A DNA stretch of 64,000 bases from Eledone cirrhosa (Eukaryota): assembly GCA_964016885.1 (NCBI GenBank), contig OZ024740.1, forward strand, positions 25,854,001 through 25,918,000, written 5' to 3'. Positions 43,873-57,654 of this stretch are shown here, piece by piece; position 1 is the stretch's first letter; every line of letters starts with the position of its first letter. Under the pieces are notes generated by a model that was given only the letters and a program-made list of their open reading frames with translations, had not been told where the DNA came from and made no database searches. Position numbers and translations under genes: made by a program.

Positions 43873-44799
43873 ATAGGAAAATGTTCAAGAAAACGACGGC
43901 CGAGCTGAAGCCGTTTCGACGGCTATTTCTGGACTGAATTAGATTTTTAGCGTTGTAATAAATAACCGAACTTTTTAAGGGGCAATTCCTTATATTGGAA
44001 GACTGTAGTTGTCAAAAGGACTGGTCAAAATTTCTTGTAAACACAATTAAATCTTTCATGGCGGTGGGTGGGACGTTTTGGTGGTTTAACGTGCCTGTAT
44101 AACAATGAGGGAGCGGGTGGGGCCGGTTAAGCGTTGAAAGTGAATTCTATACAGCAAATTCTAACGAGTGTGGATGAAATTAGGCTAGGTAGAAAGCAGG
44201 CGAAAAAGGAATTCTGGAGGAATCTGAGAGTGGGAAGTTATAAAATTAAAAAGTTAATAAATTGAAATTAAAAAATAATGAATAAAAATAATAATAACAT
44301 TAAAAAATAAATAATAAAAATATTAAAATAACTAGAGTCTAAAACAGCTGCTATATTTTTAGCTGGTATTGCATTTTCGGCCAATGCTACATATAATTTA
44401 CTGGAGTGGGGTCTACTGAGGCTACAAAAGCCTGATGGGTTGCCTCGGGGTAAGCGAAAGAGGAAAAAGGAAAAGGAAAACGAGAGGAAGTGAAAGGAAT
44501 TGAGAAGAAGACCTCCAAGATAATAACATCACATACCATTTTACTTGGAGCTTACTTTCCAGGGCTAACTCCTACACGGGAGGACGCCGCCCGTGTAACG
44601 TATGCTCGGAGGAAACAATACTAATGCACTTTACGAAGGACCACGCTAAAAATCTAATTTAGTCCAGAAATAGCCGTCGAAACAGCTTGAGCTTGGCCGT
44701 CGGGGTCTTGAACATTTTCCTATTACCCACTCTACTACCCTAAGTATTGAGTACTCTGGTGCGTTATGGTCCACCTGGTTCCTTACCACACTTCCTTCG

Positions 44800-44800
<1 letters not shown>
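43873..44800. mobile_element. Penelope-like family P1 copy b with ~80-bp inverted termini and a one-sided ~77-bp tail
   Basis: 43873-43952 is the reverse complement of about 44644-44723. The right arm continues TACCCACTC...CCTTCGT (44724-44800), also seen at 38393-38468 and partly at 57351-57408. Variant HHR on minus at about 43905-43983. Confidence 0.72.
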
Positions 44801-44844
<44 letters not shown>

Positions 44845-44847
<3 letters not shown>

Positions 44848-44965
44848 TATTGAGTAAAATGACAGGAGGCTGGACTGGTGAAATTCCTTAATGATTTATT
44901 ACAAACACTATGCATATTTCAATCACCGGGATCTGTAGGAACCCGGTGACATCATCAGGGGTTAC
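44845..44965 (-). mobile_element. PLE pseudo-LTR 3' end with degenerate hammerhead
   Basis: Minus strand reads CTGATGA-t-g-TCACCGGG...CCCGGTGA-tt-GAAA-TATGCATA (44958-44909), then AATAAA and a tail running into (TA)n. Confidence 0.6.
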
Positions 44966-46139
44966 GAAATTTATCTAATAAAGGAATATAATAATGATAG
45001 ACACAATCTAAGGGGCTGAAAAGTATGAGAAATTTTGAAGACCCGAAGGCAGCCAGTTGCCAGTCTGGATGACCGACTTAAAAAAATATATATATATAAA
45101 GAGGAAAATACGAAGTTGAAAATGTTAGGGTCCTTTATTAATTGAGTCGTTATACATATTTCAATGACGACAGATATCGTGATTTCTTCAGACAGAAATT
45201 TTGGGTGGAATGGAGCGGACTAAAAAATATGTATGTTTTGGCTTTGTGTGCCTGCGCTATTCTAATTTTCAGGACATCCCGACAGCCCTGCTTAGTCACA
45301 GAGATATGGGTGGCTGACCACTCAACTCCAACCGACAATACCACCATCCTTATTTGTTTTCTCTCTATCTACCAGTCCCCTACCACATCGGCCGACAACT
45401 CTATATGGTCAGTTTGAGTTCAGACCAGCCATAATTTATTTACTGCTAGCTTTGGTGTCCAGCAGAATTTAATGCACTTGTACCCGCTACCCGTTTATGG
45501 CCGGATAATAAACAGAAAATCGATCCCAAAATGAGAAAGTTACCTACTGCTATGGTTAATATAACTTATAGAAAATATTAAAGGTTTCACAATACGAAAA
45601 TATTTTCTGGATTGTAATGAACGTGTAAGTGGCCGAGTAATATACACACGTGTAATATTGACGACCATCTTAGGAAGATACAGCATGAAACAATATATGA
45701 CGAGGTAGGGCCCTCACAGGTTCAACTTGCCAGGTGAATGGAGTAAAACAATGTGAAATAAAGTTTCCTGTTCAAAGACAGCGCATTTTTGCTGTTTTGT
45801 CCGCGCCCTAGACCCAGAGCCCACCACCCTCTTCCCTTCCTCTCCTTTACTTCTGTGGCCCTAGAGTTCTTGCTTTTCCCCACATTTTCCCCCTCATTTA
45901 TGGCTTTTATAGTCCTTTCTTCTACATTACCATACAGCCAGATCTTCCCATTTTTACTCCTTCCCTATATTCTCATTACTCAATTTTGTTTTATCTTTCT
46001 TTTTTATATTTATGTAATCATCAATTGCTTTTAAGCCAACTTTGTAAATATTTGTAATATTGTCTTGTATATCTTTATAACATTAAAAGTTAAGATATCC
46101 CTACCGTTTCAACATGGCGCATTCTAGAAGTTCAGTTAA

Positions 46140-46405
46140 GTGAACTACCTTCTGATTGAATTAAGTTACATGTGGCTGAGTATTCATAAGCCAAATGTAC
46201 CCTAAATATAATTCACAGAAAGAGTATATATATCACAAGCAGTCACCTTAGCTTGTTTCACGTGGTTTTCGTCGTTTACCGAAATAGTTTCAAGACTAGG
46301 GTTGACACACGACAATGTTAAAAAGCAGAAGCCCACAAGCTCACGCAGTGAGTTCAAACTCCGACTATATTATCTTGAATGGCTGAATTTTCACACTTAG
46401 CCATG
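46140..46405 (-). mobile_element. Degenerate tRNA-derived SINE remnant
   Basis: Decayed tRNA-like head at about 46340-46405 and a body resembling SINE sequence recalled from octopus genomes; low identity. Confidence 0.35.
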
Positions 46406-46568
46406 TATATATTTGCACTGCGTGATTATAAAAAATCGGCAGATAAAATCGCGATTATACTTATAGGCATTAGTACACATGTAAACATGCGCACACAAAG
46501 CCATCTCTATGAATATACACGCACACATATAAGTATGTATACAATATGCGTGTACGTACATATGTCAC

Positions 46569-46614
<46 letters not shown>

Positions 46615-46966
46615 ATATATATAAATAAGTAAAATAAAAATGGCGTATACATTACAATACAATACAATAGGAGGCAACATAATGTATATATATATAATAT
46701 AATATAAGATCAAAAGATGGTTAAAGGAGTTCCATGTATTTTATTATGCGCATTTCAAAAACAAACATCATCATGCAATAATATTTGTGTTTTCATCAGA
46801 TAAAACAGGAGAACATGATATGAAGGCTAAAAAACACTTGTGGATAGTGCAGTTTTAAATCAACATATTAAATCTTATATTATGTATACTCCAGTCCTAC
46901 AAACTGTAGAGTGCTTCTTATCCGATATCTGCATTGCTTTATTGTACTACAATAAAACTCACCTCC

Positions 46967-47001
<35 letters not shown>

Positions 47002-47513
47002 GAATATATACATGCATATATATATATGTATATACACGAATATATACATCTATATCCCCCCCCACACACACACCCACACATATATATATGTATAAGTATG
47101 TCTATTTGCAATGTAACGTTGAATTACTCTCTCACACATATTTTCTCCCACTCTGACTTACCATTCTCTCTCCCACAAACACACATTCTACCACTTGTTG
47201 TATCTGTCCTTTATGATGTCATTCCCGAGACATGCAGACAGGCGGCCTTTACAGTGGAAACATATATATGGGAAACGCTATAAAACTGAGAATTATTACT
47301 AAATAGAGTAAGATAGGCCATCTAATATCGAGAATATAATCTAATAGATGGAGCAACATCCTCCTAGCAAAGTCAACAATAAATACATGGAAATACATAG
47401 ATTAGATTTGCTGCCAATTCTAAAGAACCAATTAACGCATGAATCTCGCTCATTACTTTACCCTTTCTATCGTTTTATACTCACTCACTCACATACACAC
47501 ACACGCACACTCA

Positions 47514-47607
<94 letters not shown>

Positions 47608-48924
47608 CGTGTGTGTGTGTGTATATATGTTTATATATATAAAGAAGATTCATATATATATATATGGAGGTGTGAGAAAGTAAGAGACTAAGAGAGAGAG
47701 AGAGAGATAGAGGGGGAGAGAGAGAGAGTGAGTTTGTGTGTGCGTGTGTATGTGCGAGGCGGCCACACTGCTTAGAGAAAGAGTGAACGTGTGCACAAGT
47801 GTGACGAAATAATGCAATAATATATATGTATATAGATACATACATATAGTTTTATGTATGTATATATTTACATATATACTTATACATACATATTTGTACA
47901 TATATATATATACATATACATATATATACATATGTATATATATATGTATTTATGTATATATATGTATGTATATATCTATGTTTGTGTGTGGACTGAGTGT
48001 CTACGTATGTGAGAATGCGTGTGCAATCATTACAATTTTACATAAAAGAGAACACATGATGACAGGGACATTGTGTCTGCGTGCCATGTAGATGTGTGTG
48101 GGTATGTGTGATATATGTATACTTGTTTGTCCATGGTTGTGTGTTTGTACAATTCTTCAAATATAACACTGTTATTATTTGATAATCTGTTATGTTAGAT
48201 TTCAATTACGTTCTGAATTGAAAGCACCAGAAATATTCTTGCATCACAAAACTACACAACCATTATTATTCCAGAGAGTTTATATATGTATATATTGTCA
48301 CAAATGTATGTACATGTGTGTTAACATATTTATCTATATTTTTTTATTTTTGTTTATTTGTCATTTGTTTGTTTTGTTTTGTTGTTTTTTTTTGCAAAAC
48401 GTAACCTATTTGTGTATAAAGTCGCGAAAACGTAAACATATATTGCTCCCCTCTGAAGAATTTGCAGACAAAAATATGTTTACATATAGATGGAAAATAT
48501 TCATATATTGTCTGTATATATTGTCTGATGATTTGAATAAACTTGGTCGAATCTGTTGGTCTATTGTAGTACGTGATTGTGTGTTCTGCATCAGTTTGTG
48601 TGTTTACATATATATATTTATATATTAAGTCAAGTGTATTTTGTATTTGTGTGTATGTATATATGTATGTATAATTGGAAATCTTTCTCTCTACATCTAT
48701 GTATCAATGTATCTGATTTATAGAAGTTCTATCCAGATATATTGACTATGTAAGTTCTGATTTTGGCTGTGTTTACGTGTGTCTTATATTGTATCCTTTT
48801 ATTTATTTATCGCTCCTCTTTCTGTTTGACTACTGGAGCGACAGAGTTCATCAGTCATCTGGTTTAGCACCATTGCCCTGCCCTCGTCTACACAAATCAT
48901 AATTCAGTCTTTTATAAACATGTA

Positions 48925-49118
48925 AATAATTGTTTCTACTTTTTTGCACAAGTCCAGCAATTATCCCACTGTATTACTGGTACTTTATTTTATCGACCCC
49001 ATAAGGATGAAAGGCAAAGTTAACCTCGGCGGAATTTGAACTCGCATCATAAAGGGCCGTAACTCTATGCTGCAAAGCATGGCGTTAGGCCCTCTACCGA
49101 TTCTACCAATCCACCTCC
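48925..49118 (-). mobile_element. tRNA-derived SINE, family A
   Basis: Minus strand has box-B-like GAGTTCAAATTCC and the conserved core GAGGTTAACTTTGCCTTTCATCCTT..GGGGTCGATAAAATAAAGTACCAG shared by 9 copies in the window. Confidence 0.85.
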
Positions 49119-49345
49119 CTGTCTCCTGTTTGAGGATAACTTCCCTCCTACCCAGCCAGAAATGTGAAGTCTCTTTCATTAGATTTTTCTAAATGAACTC
49201 CAGCTAAGCCCAGTCCCAGACCAATATAATCAAAACTATTCAATTCCTCATAATATCTTTTGAAGAGTTTGAATATCTCGGACTATTTATATATTTTTAA
49301 GCCAGTTTCTGAATTCAGGATTCGTTGTCGTTTATATCTAGCAGT

Positions 49346-49490
49346 TGTGAAGGCGCATGTCTTAGTGGTTAGAACATTGGGCTTGCAATCGAATTGTTGT
49401 GAGTTCAATTCTCGGACCGGGTGATATGTTGTTTCTTGAGCAAGACACTTTATTTCACGTTGCTCCAGTTTACTCAGCTGAAGAAATGAG
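49346..49490 (+). mobile_element. tRNA-derived SINE, family B (CORE-like domain), truncated
   Basis: Box-A-like TAGTGGTTAG, box-B-like GAGTTCAATTC, and core TCTTGAGCAAGACACTTTATTTCACGTTGCTCCAG; homologous to 61108-61430. Confidence 0.8.
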
Positions 49491-49911
49491 ATAATACTGG
49501 GTTCCTATCATTAAATTACCTAAGACACCTCCAACGAGTTATACCTTGGGGGAGGCCAGCTAAACCTGCATAGGTGTGAGCTGTAACAACAACATATCTA
49601 GAAGGTAGAGTGACCACGTAGATTCTCCTAAATTCAATCCCTATATCTGTCTGGGATATCAGAGTTTACAATGTAATCGGGCACAGATTAAGTTCCCATT
49701 ATATATGTAATATTTTTATGTGGTTTGGACTTAACCCACTTCCTCGTCCTCCAATCTGATCCAGTTGCAGATATCCTACCCATTATTTCCTTCAGCCATC
49801 ATTATAATGATATAAACTCCTGAAGCATTTCATTAAGTCGCATTCACATGTCTTTTGTTTATATTTGGTGAACCCATGAGCCAAACAACTCTAAAAGAAA
49901 ATCAGGATAAT

Positions 49912-49990
49912 AATGAAAATGATTGTGTACAGTGTTCAGGTGCACTACAACTGATCAAAGGTGTATATATAGTACATAGAATAATGTACT
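49912..49990. repeat. Dispersed repeat fragment (second copy at about 59614-59692)
   Basis: ATGAAAA..ATTGTGTACAGTG.TCAG.TGCA.TACAACT occurs at both places; possibly a LINE 3' UTR. Confidence 0.55.
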
Positions 49991-52584
49991 ATACATAATC
50001 TATCGGACCTATGATCAACTTTGTTCCTGTGATGTTCACCCTGTCTTTCCTTTTTATTCAGGACCATATTTTGTAATATTTCCTTCCTCTTTTTAAGATT
50101 TTCCGTTGTAATATCAACGATATCTGGCAGCTATTTTTAGATCGTATATACAATCAAGATGGATACAATACAAATTAAGATTTTTAAATGTTATTTAAAT
50201 CATGTTCACGTTGCATAATTAATATAAACTTAGTTTATATAATCTCCGAAGTTTTATACAGCGAGCATTCAATTACCCAGTGAAAAGAACTACTTACTCG
50301 TTAAATTCACGTTTTAGTTTTAGTAACTTAAACAGCGTCATATTGACAAGGATCGCAGCTTTGGATTTCATTAATACCTACACTATATATAATGAATATG
50401 TAACCACCCGTTATAAATGCCACATAAGCTAGATTAAATCTAAGTGCTGCATAAAATATACGCATTGAACTGGTTTATTATATATACAAAATGTACGGTG
50501 TGCTGTATATTTTTAGGTTAGCTCTAAATCAGTTAAGTAGAAATTAAGAAAAAAACACCCCCATATAAATACTTCGTATATGTATGTTTGTATATAAGTA
50601 TTTGTGTTATTCATATATATATGTGTGTGTGATAACATATGTATGTATATTATGCGTAGTCACGCATAAAAAAACACACACAAACAGACATACACACATA
50701 TGTATGTATATACATATATATATGTGTGTATGTGTGTATGTGAACATTGATATATATTCTACTTGTCAAATTGAGGTTGTTCTAATCAGCTACTGTAATG
50801 TCATTGTATAATTATAGTTAATTCTCAGTAATAACCACCAAGGAGAGTAGTTAAATAAGTTTGCCCTCTTTGCGTACATTACCATAATCCTATTAGTTAT
50901 TCGTGATAGCATGCAGCGTACCGACTCACTGATGTATCTAAGTGGGTTTAACCTTCAAAAGGATTTATGATCTTTTCTGATTACTAGACCAAATTATATT
51001 TCAGGAATATTCTAATTCTACAAACGAACAGTAGTCTTCGTATTCTTGATCGCTTTAAAAAATAATTGTCGAATGAAATGATATGAAGTGACAAGAGAAG
51101 ATGTTAAAATAATAAATTACTATCACATAGGCCCTGATTTTTTTTTTTATGTTCAAATGTAGGACAGTATAAATGTATAGACAGTATAAATATATAATTA
51201 TAAACTTCAATGTATAAAAATTAAAGAAATAATTAAAATACATTAGACATTTGACATTTGAAACGTAGTGTGTTAAATTCCATTCTAGAGCTGCAAACAC
51301 ATCTACATTCAGATTAAATTTTAGTTTGTGCCCTTTTAGTGAAGTCTTTTCAACCACAGCCTCGAGTCAGCCAAACCTGAGAAGGAATCTGTGAAATTAG
51401 CTGGAAGGAATCAATTCTAAACTGCATCAACTGTCTTGCATTTCTTTTTCAGTTGGTAGGCCTAATTTATTTTAATATTTAACCTCAATCCTTACCACCA
51501 GCACACACCTCAAAGTGCTCTTTAGCGTGGTCAATAATTTTACATGCATTCGGATTAGTTATCTTGCCTTTTTCTAAAGCATGATTCGCCCCATGTCCCG
51601 AGTGTTTCGGAACAGGTTCATGGCTGACATCTTTCACTTTAAGAATACAACATAAAACATATCAATAGGACATATAGCGATGTTTGTGACAAGAGAAATT
51701 GAACTAAGTTCTCCCAGTTGCCCTACCGTTTAGATGTTACCAAATGATGTGTAGCTATCTATGCACACAGAAGTATCAATTGAATAATTATCAATTTATG
51801 CTACATTGGACGGTGTTACAAAATAGAAAACATTCAGAATCACACAGATAAAACACTGATAACAAACTATGATTTTATAACTCTGAAAGGAAATTTTTGT
51901 CGAAAAATTATTCCGTGTTAATATAATTCAGCACAATTTTACGTGTTTATATCAATTAGAATTTTTACGATTTATATAAATTTAGTTTTGTTAAATATTT
52001 TTCTGTCTTTTAAATATATATGTTTTCGTTATTTTCATTCTCAGCTGTTGTTGCAACTTCTGTTGCTCCTCATTATATTCCATTTTTTCTTTCCTTCTAA
52101 ACTTAATATTCCTGCCATTATTCTTTATACTTATACATTTACTCTTATATAATTTCATGAGTAGAAATATTCCCTAAAATTTTAGATACATTAAAACTAA
52201 TTACATCTGCGAAGTTTTAATTATTATTATTTTTGTCTTTTTCTGGCAGATAACACATAAAATTGTAATTAATTTTGATATTTACCGCAATGAAATGTGT
52301 TGGGGCATGGTGAAGATGAAACTGTAGATCACTACATAACAATATTTAGTTATGGCCAATTAGGTTTTGGTTTCAAACTCCACCAAAGTTCATGTATAAT
52401 ACATTAAGGACTCAATACCTACCAGTATACATGCAATGTTATGAATATTATTCGATATAATTGTCTCAGTATTTTATTAGGGACGATAAAGTGACTTACT
52501 CACCACCACCGAATTTGTAGTTTTCTGTCAAAATTATAAATCTTCCGTTATGGAAGTAATGAATTATATACGTATTTTTTCATA

Positions 52585-52785
52585 GATAATGGTTTATGAT
52601 TTAAGCAAAGGGCCAGCAATTTTGGGGAGAGGAAAGTCGATTAAATCGACTCCAGTGCATGACTAGTGTTTTATTTTATCGACCCCGTAAGGATGACAGG
52701 CAAAGCTAACCTCGGCGGGATTTGAAATCAAAATATAACTCTATGCCGTGGAGTAGGGTGTTCGATGTTCTACTGATACTGCCAT
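52585..52785 (-). mobile_element. tRNA-derived SINE, family A
   Basis: Core TTTTATCGACCCCGTAAGGATGACAGGCAAAGCTAACCTCGGCGGGATTTGAA. Confidence 0.8.
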
Positions 52786-52802
52786 AATGTATTCATATAT
52801 AA

Positions 52803-53060
52803 TGTGAAGATGTGTGGTCTATATGTTAGTACGGGTTTCCGTTTCGGAAAAACGTGAAGTGTATTGTCCTTGAACAAGACATTTTATGTAGCTCCAGTTC
52901 TGTCAGCTGAAAATATATGAGGACCAATAGTAGCTGGAGATTTAAGCTTGCGATGGATTGACATTACATAGGTCATGTACTTTCAGTCGTTTCATTTCAG
53001 TGAAATAAGTATAAGCTCCGGTCTGATGAGATTATTGTCACATGGACAGACTTAACCTAT
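52803..53060 (+). mobile_element. Degenerate CORE-like SINE with RTE-type 3' tail
   Basis: TGTCCTTGAACAAGACATTTTA..GCTCCAG core and a tail AAGCTCCGGTCTGATGAG...GACTTAACCT. Confidence 0.5.
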
Positions 53061-53184
53061 GACATGGAGCACGACTACTGGAATAGAAAGACCCGAGAAT
53101 GCGGAATTCAGAAATTTAATTTACAGACATATTTCTTTCAAACTTCCATTATTATACGATTGACAGGGTATTATAAGGTATAAG

Positions 53185-53800
53185 GGCGTTGGATTGGCAG
53201 TAGCGGTGGAGAATCGGACACCATGATTTGCAGCATAGAGTTACGGCCTCTTATGGTGAGTTCATATCCCGCTGAGGTTAACTTTGCCTTTCATCCTTAC
53301 GTGGTCGATAAATTAAAGTACCAGTCATGCACTGGGTCGATTTAATCGACTTTCCCCTCCCCAAAAATTACTGGCCTTGTGCCTATGCCAGAAATCATTA
53401 GTCGAACGCCATGCTTTGACGCATAGAGTTATGGCCCTTGCCATTCTGAGTTCAAATCCCGCTGAGGTTAACTTTGCTTTTCATCCTTACGGGGTCGATA
53501 AAATAAAGTACCAGTAATGTACTGGGTTATTGTAGGCCTTGTGCCAAAAGTAGAAACAATTATTATATGATTGAAGGGCGGTGGATTGGCAGTATCGGTA
53601 GAGGGTCGGACGCCATGCTTTGCAGCAAAGAGTTACGGACCTTTACGGTCTCAGTTCAAATCCCGCCCAGGTTAACTTTGCCTTTCATCCTCACGTGGTC
53701 GATAAAATATAGTACTAGTAATGCACTGGGTTCGATTTAATCGCCTCCCCCCTCCCCCCAAACATTGCTGGCATTGTGCCTATATAAGAAACCATTATTA
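53185..53800 (+). mobile_element. Three head-to-tail family A SINE copies (about 53185-53400, 53401-53565, 53576-53800)
   Basis: Each has GTTCA.ATCCCGC..AGGTTAACTTTGC.TTTCATCC and a TTGTGCC..AGAAA 3' end. The middle copy lacks its 5' head. Confidence 0.87.
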
Positions 53801-53934
53801 TATGATTGACAAACATACACGTCAGCCATGTATTTTGAGTCCTTATGATAACTATAGTCTTAATCCGTGTTGCATTGTGGTCACAAAGAATGATATACAT
53901 TTTTAATGATCAACATTCTGGCAAAGTTTACTTT

Positions 53935-54125
53935 TGCAAGACAGAGTCTGAATCATAGATTCAGACTCAAAGGCTGGGACCTCTTTTCAGATTCGGAATA
54001 TACCACTTGTCCGAAACAACACTGAATCTATACAAAGTTCAGCTAACATCAATAATTGCATTACCTAACAGACGATATTTTTACATACATGGACTTTCTG
54101 GAAAGGTGACTCGACTGATTGGGAT
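53935..54125 (-). pseudogene. Possible heavily decayed RTE-type LINE RT C-terminal remnant
   Basis: Minus-strand fragments translate to LYRFSVV and ESEKRVPAFES, reminiscent of the RTE 'EKRIQAFE' region; frameshifted. Confidence 0.3.
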
Positions 54126-54419
54126 AAAATCCTTCCAAAGAATCTTCACTCTCTCTTTCTTACCGCTACGAAAAATGCCTCTCATAGTTGGTTAATTGCC
54201 TGCCGCCAGTACTTACTCACCTATGATTCACTTATCTCTCTAACTTTTATCTCAGATATGATCAACATCCAAGGATTGTCACTAACCACTACTCCAAATC
54301 CCTCTGAATCAAAACATCGGAACACTTAAAAGGAAATAGGAAATACCCTTTCTAGCAAAATGGGCAAAACCACGCTTGAAATTATAACATTTCCTCAAGA
54401 CCATACCGCACGGCATCTT

Positions 54420-54847
54420 ATATAATTGTTTCTACTTTTGGCACAATTACCCAGTACATTACTGTTACTTTATTTTATCGACCCCGTAAGGATGAAAGAC
54501 AAAGTTAATCTTGGCGGGATTTGAACTCAGACCGTAACAGGAGGTAACTATGCTAGAAAGCATGGCGTCCAACCTTCTACCGATACTGCCAATTCACCGC
54601 CCTATAATATTATATAGCATCTTATATAATGGTTTCTTATATAGGCACAAGGCTAGTAATTTGAGGGGAGGGGAAATTCGATTAAATCGACCCCAGTGCG
54701 TGACTGGTACTTTATTTTATCGACCCCATAAGGATGAAAGGCAAAGTTAACCTCGGCGGGATTTAAGCTCAGATCATAAAGGGCCGTAACTCTATGCTGC
54801 AAAGCATGGCGTCCGACCCTCTACCGATACTGCCAATTCACTGCCCT
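54420..54847 (-). mobile_element. Two tandem family A SINE copies (about 54420-54602 and 54625-54847)
   Basis: Reverse complements of the 53185-53800 copies. Confidence 0.87.
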
Positions 54848-55100
54848 ATAATATTATATAACATCTTATATAATATTTATTAATTCCTAACCAAGTCAAC
54901 ATGACAATGATTAACTAAAAGTTCTTAAGAATAAAAGTAAATGAGTTTGTTATTCAGAAAGCCGTTAATAGTGGTACCAAGTAAATATTGGCGACCACGA
55001 ATAGAAACCTTGCTGTGCACTTTACATTCAATGTCCTTACATTAACATCTTGGTTTATGTTACAAGCCACCCACAGATGTGAATAGTAAAACAATATAAT

Positions 55101-55209
<109 letters not shown>

Positions 55210-55649
55210 TATATATAAATATATATATATATTTAATCACTAAGAAGGAACATAATCTATTTCCTTATAGCCACAACGTCAACCTACCAACACCAAGCTT
55301 CGACGCCTCACACACCATACACTACACACTAACAAACACTACCACGTATACACCAACAAGAGTACCGTCATCAACATCGACAACACAAAACCACACCCAA
55401 ACACTATTCAAAAAACAAAAATGATTTCCAAATTCTATTCATTCACTGTATGCAGTCAATCGGAAAGCAACAGATTCCAAGAGAAGATAAATATGTCAAT
55501 GTGATTTATATACCTTTAACAAAATCTCTTTTCGCTGATCTTAGCAGAAATCTTTCAAAATATCTTTGATGGTTCCAATAGACAGAACTTCAATCATATC
55601 CAAGATAAAAATTTATGATAGAATCTGGTTCTGGCTTTGCTTGATGAAC

Positions 55650-56930
55650 TAGATTTGGTTATTGGTGGTGTTGTAGGTGATGGTGGTTGTGTTGGTGGTG
55701 GCTGTTGTGTGGTTTGTTTCTAGTTGTGGTGGTTGTATTGGCGGTAGACTGGTGGTAGTGGTGGTGGTGTTGGTGGTGGTGGTTTTGTAGGTGATGGTGG
55801 TTGTGTTGGTGGTGGTTGTTGTGTGGTTTGTTTCTAGTTGTGGTGGTTGTATTGGTGGCAAATCTGGTGGTAGTGGTGATGGTGGTTGGTGGTGTTGTAG
55901 GTGATGGTGGTTGTGTTGGTGGTGGCTGTTGTGTGGTTTGTTTCTAGTTGTGGTGGTTGTATTGGTGGCAAATCTGGTGGTAGTGGTGGTGGTGGTTGGT
56001 GGTGGTGGTGTTGTAGGTGATGGTGGTTGTGTTGGTGGTGGCTGTTGTGTGGTTTGTTTCTAGTTGTGGTGGTTGTATTGGTGGCAAATCTGGTGGTAGT
56101 GGTGGTGGTGGTGTTGGTGGTGGTGGTGTTGTAGGTGATGGTGCTTGTGTTGGTGGTGGCTGTTGTGTGGTTTGTTTCTAGTTGTGGTGGTTGTATTGGT
56201 GGCAAATCTGGTGGTAGTGGTGGTGGTGTTGGTGGTGGTGGTGTTGTAGCTGATGGTGCTTGTGTTGGTGGTGACTGTTGTGTGGTTTGTTTCTAGTTGT
56301 GGTGGTTGCATTGGCGGTAGTGGTGGTGGTGTTGTAGGTGATGGTGGTTGTGTTGGTGGTGGCTGTTGTGTGGTTTGTTTCTAGTTGTGGTGGTTGTATT
56401 GGCGGTAGATTTGGTGGAAGTGGTGGTGGTGGTTGTATTTGTGGCAGATCTGGTGTTAGTGGTGGTGGTGTTGGTTGTGGTTGTGTTGTAGGTGATGGTG
56501 GTTGTGTTGGTGGTGGCTTATGTGTTGTTTGTTTCTAGTTGTGGTGGTTGTATTGCCAGCAGATCTGGTGTGTGGTGTTCGTGGTGGGGGTGGGGTGGTT
56601 GTATTGGTGGCAGATCTGGTGGTGGTGTTGTAGGTGTTGGTAGTTGTACTGGCGGCAGATCTGGGGCAATTGGTGGAGGTAGTGGTCTTGGTGGCAGATC
56701 TGGTAGCGGTGGAGGTGATGGTGGCATTGGTGGTTGTATTGGTGGCAGATCTTTAGATGGTGGTGTTGGTTGTATTGGTAGCAGATCTGGTGGAAGTGGT
56801 GATGGTCGTTGTATTGGTGGCAAATCTGGTAGTGGTGGTGGTGATGGAGGTATTGGTGGTTGTATTGGTGACAGATCTGATGGTGGTGGTAGTAGTGCTT
56901 GTGTTTCTGATGTTGGAGTTATTTATGATG
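55650..56930. repeat. GT-rich minisatellite: ~110-120-bp unit grading into shorter GGTGGTTGTATTGGTGGCAGATCT-based units
   Basis: TTTCTAGTTGTGGTGG recurs at about 55717, 55831, 55941, 56057, 56175, 56290, 56378 and 56532. Confidence 0.9.
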
Positions 56931-57099
56931 GCTAGTGTCAGTGGTATTAGATAATATGTTAGTGGTACTAGATTAAATTGGTGAGGTGTGATATTCTTTT
57001 TTCACCGGGCTCACTGAACATAAATACTTTTTCTTTATTTTTCCAGTTCCTTGCTCATTTCAAACTTTACCTTTCTATTTCGTCTTTTATTTCTCATTC

Positions 57100-57210
57100 T
57101 CTCTTCTAATGAAGGTCTAGCGTCCGAAACTTTGACACACTTTCCCTACTATATCAAGCGTTAAACTAATATATACTCTATTGTGTGGTTAATTGTTTCC
57201 CTTTAGTCTT
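57100..57210 (+). mobile_element. Decayed PLE pseudo-LTR with hammerhead remnant
   Basis: CTAATGAAGG...CCGAAAC resembles a decayed CTGATGA..GAAAC core; followed by AGCGTTAAACTAATA. Confidence 0.35.
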
Positions 57211-57307
57211 CGAATACATACACACAAACAAATACACATACACATATATGTGAGTGTGTGTGTGTTTGAGTGAATATGAGTGCATATATATATATATTAA
57301 TATATAT

Positions 57308-57410
57308 ATAGGAAAGCTATGACCCCGACGGCAGAGCTCAAGCCGTTCCGAATATTGAGTATTCTGGGGCGTTATGGTCCATCTGGTTCCTTACCACAAT
57401 TCCTTCGTTA
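57308..57410. mobile_element. Family P1 minimal copy (~100 bp): short inverted arm fused to a tail fragment
   Basis: 57308-57350 matches 38469-38511 in the same orientation. 57351-57408 matches about 44743-44800, the opposite-orientation tail. Confidence 0.75.
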
Positions 57411-57523
57411 TATATATATATAAACGGAAAAAATGAAAGGAAATTTCATTTGTCACTCTTAGTGCGGCGGTTACTTAAATATAAGTATGTATACATACAT
57501 ATATGTATACAGACGTACAGTAG

Positions 57524-57572
<49 letters not shown>

Positions 57573-57578
<6 letters not shown>

Positions 57579-57616
57579 GACGTAAAATAAAAAAATATTT
57601 TTTAAAAAAAATTTAA

Positions 57617-57654
<38 letters not shown>

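Noticed and set aside
43873-44800. MITE or DIRS interpretation of the inverted termini
   Set aside because: Arms are asymmetric and of variable length between copies, overlap an HHR-like motif, and show no TSD or recognisable internal complementary region; this fits PLE inversion better.
53185-53800. tRNA genes
   Set aside because: Only box A/B-like heads fused to a repeated SINE body; no complete cloverleaf.
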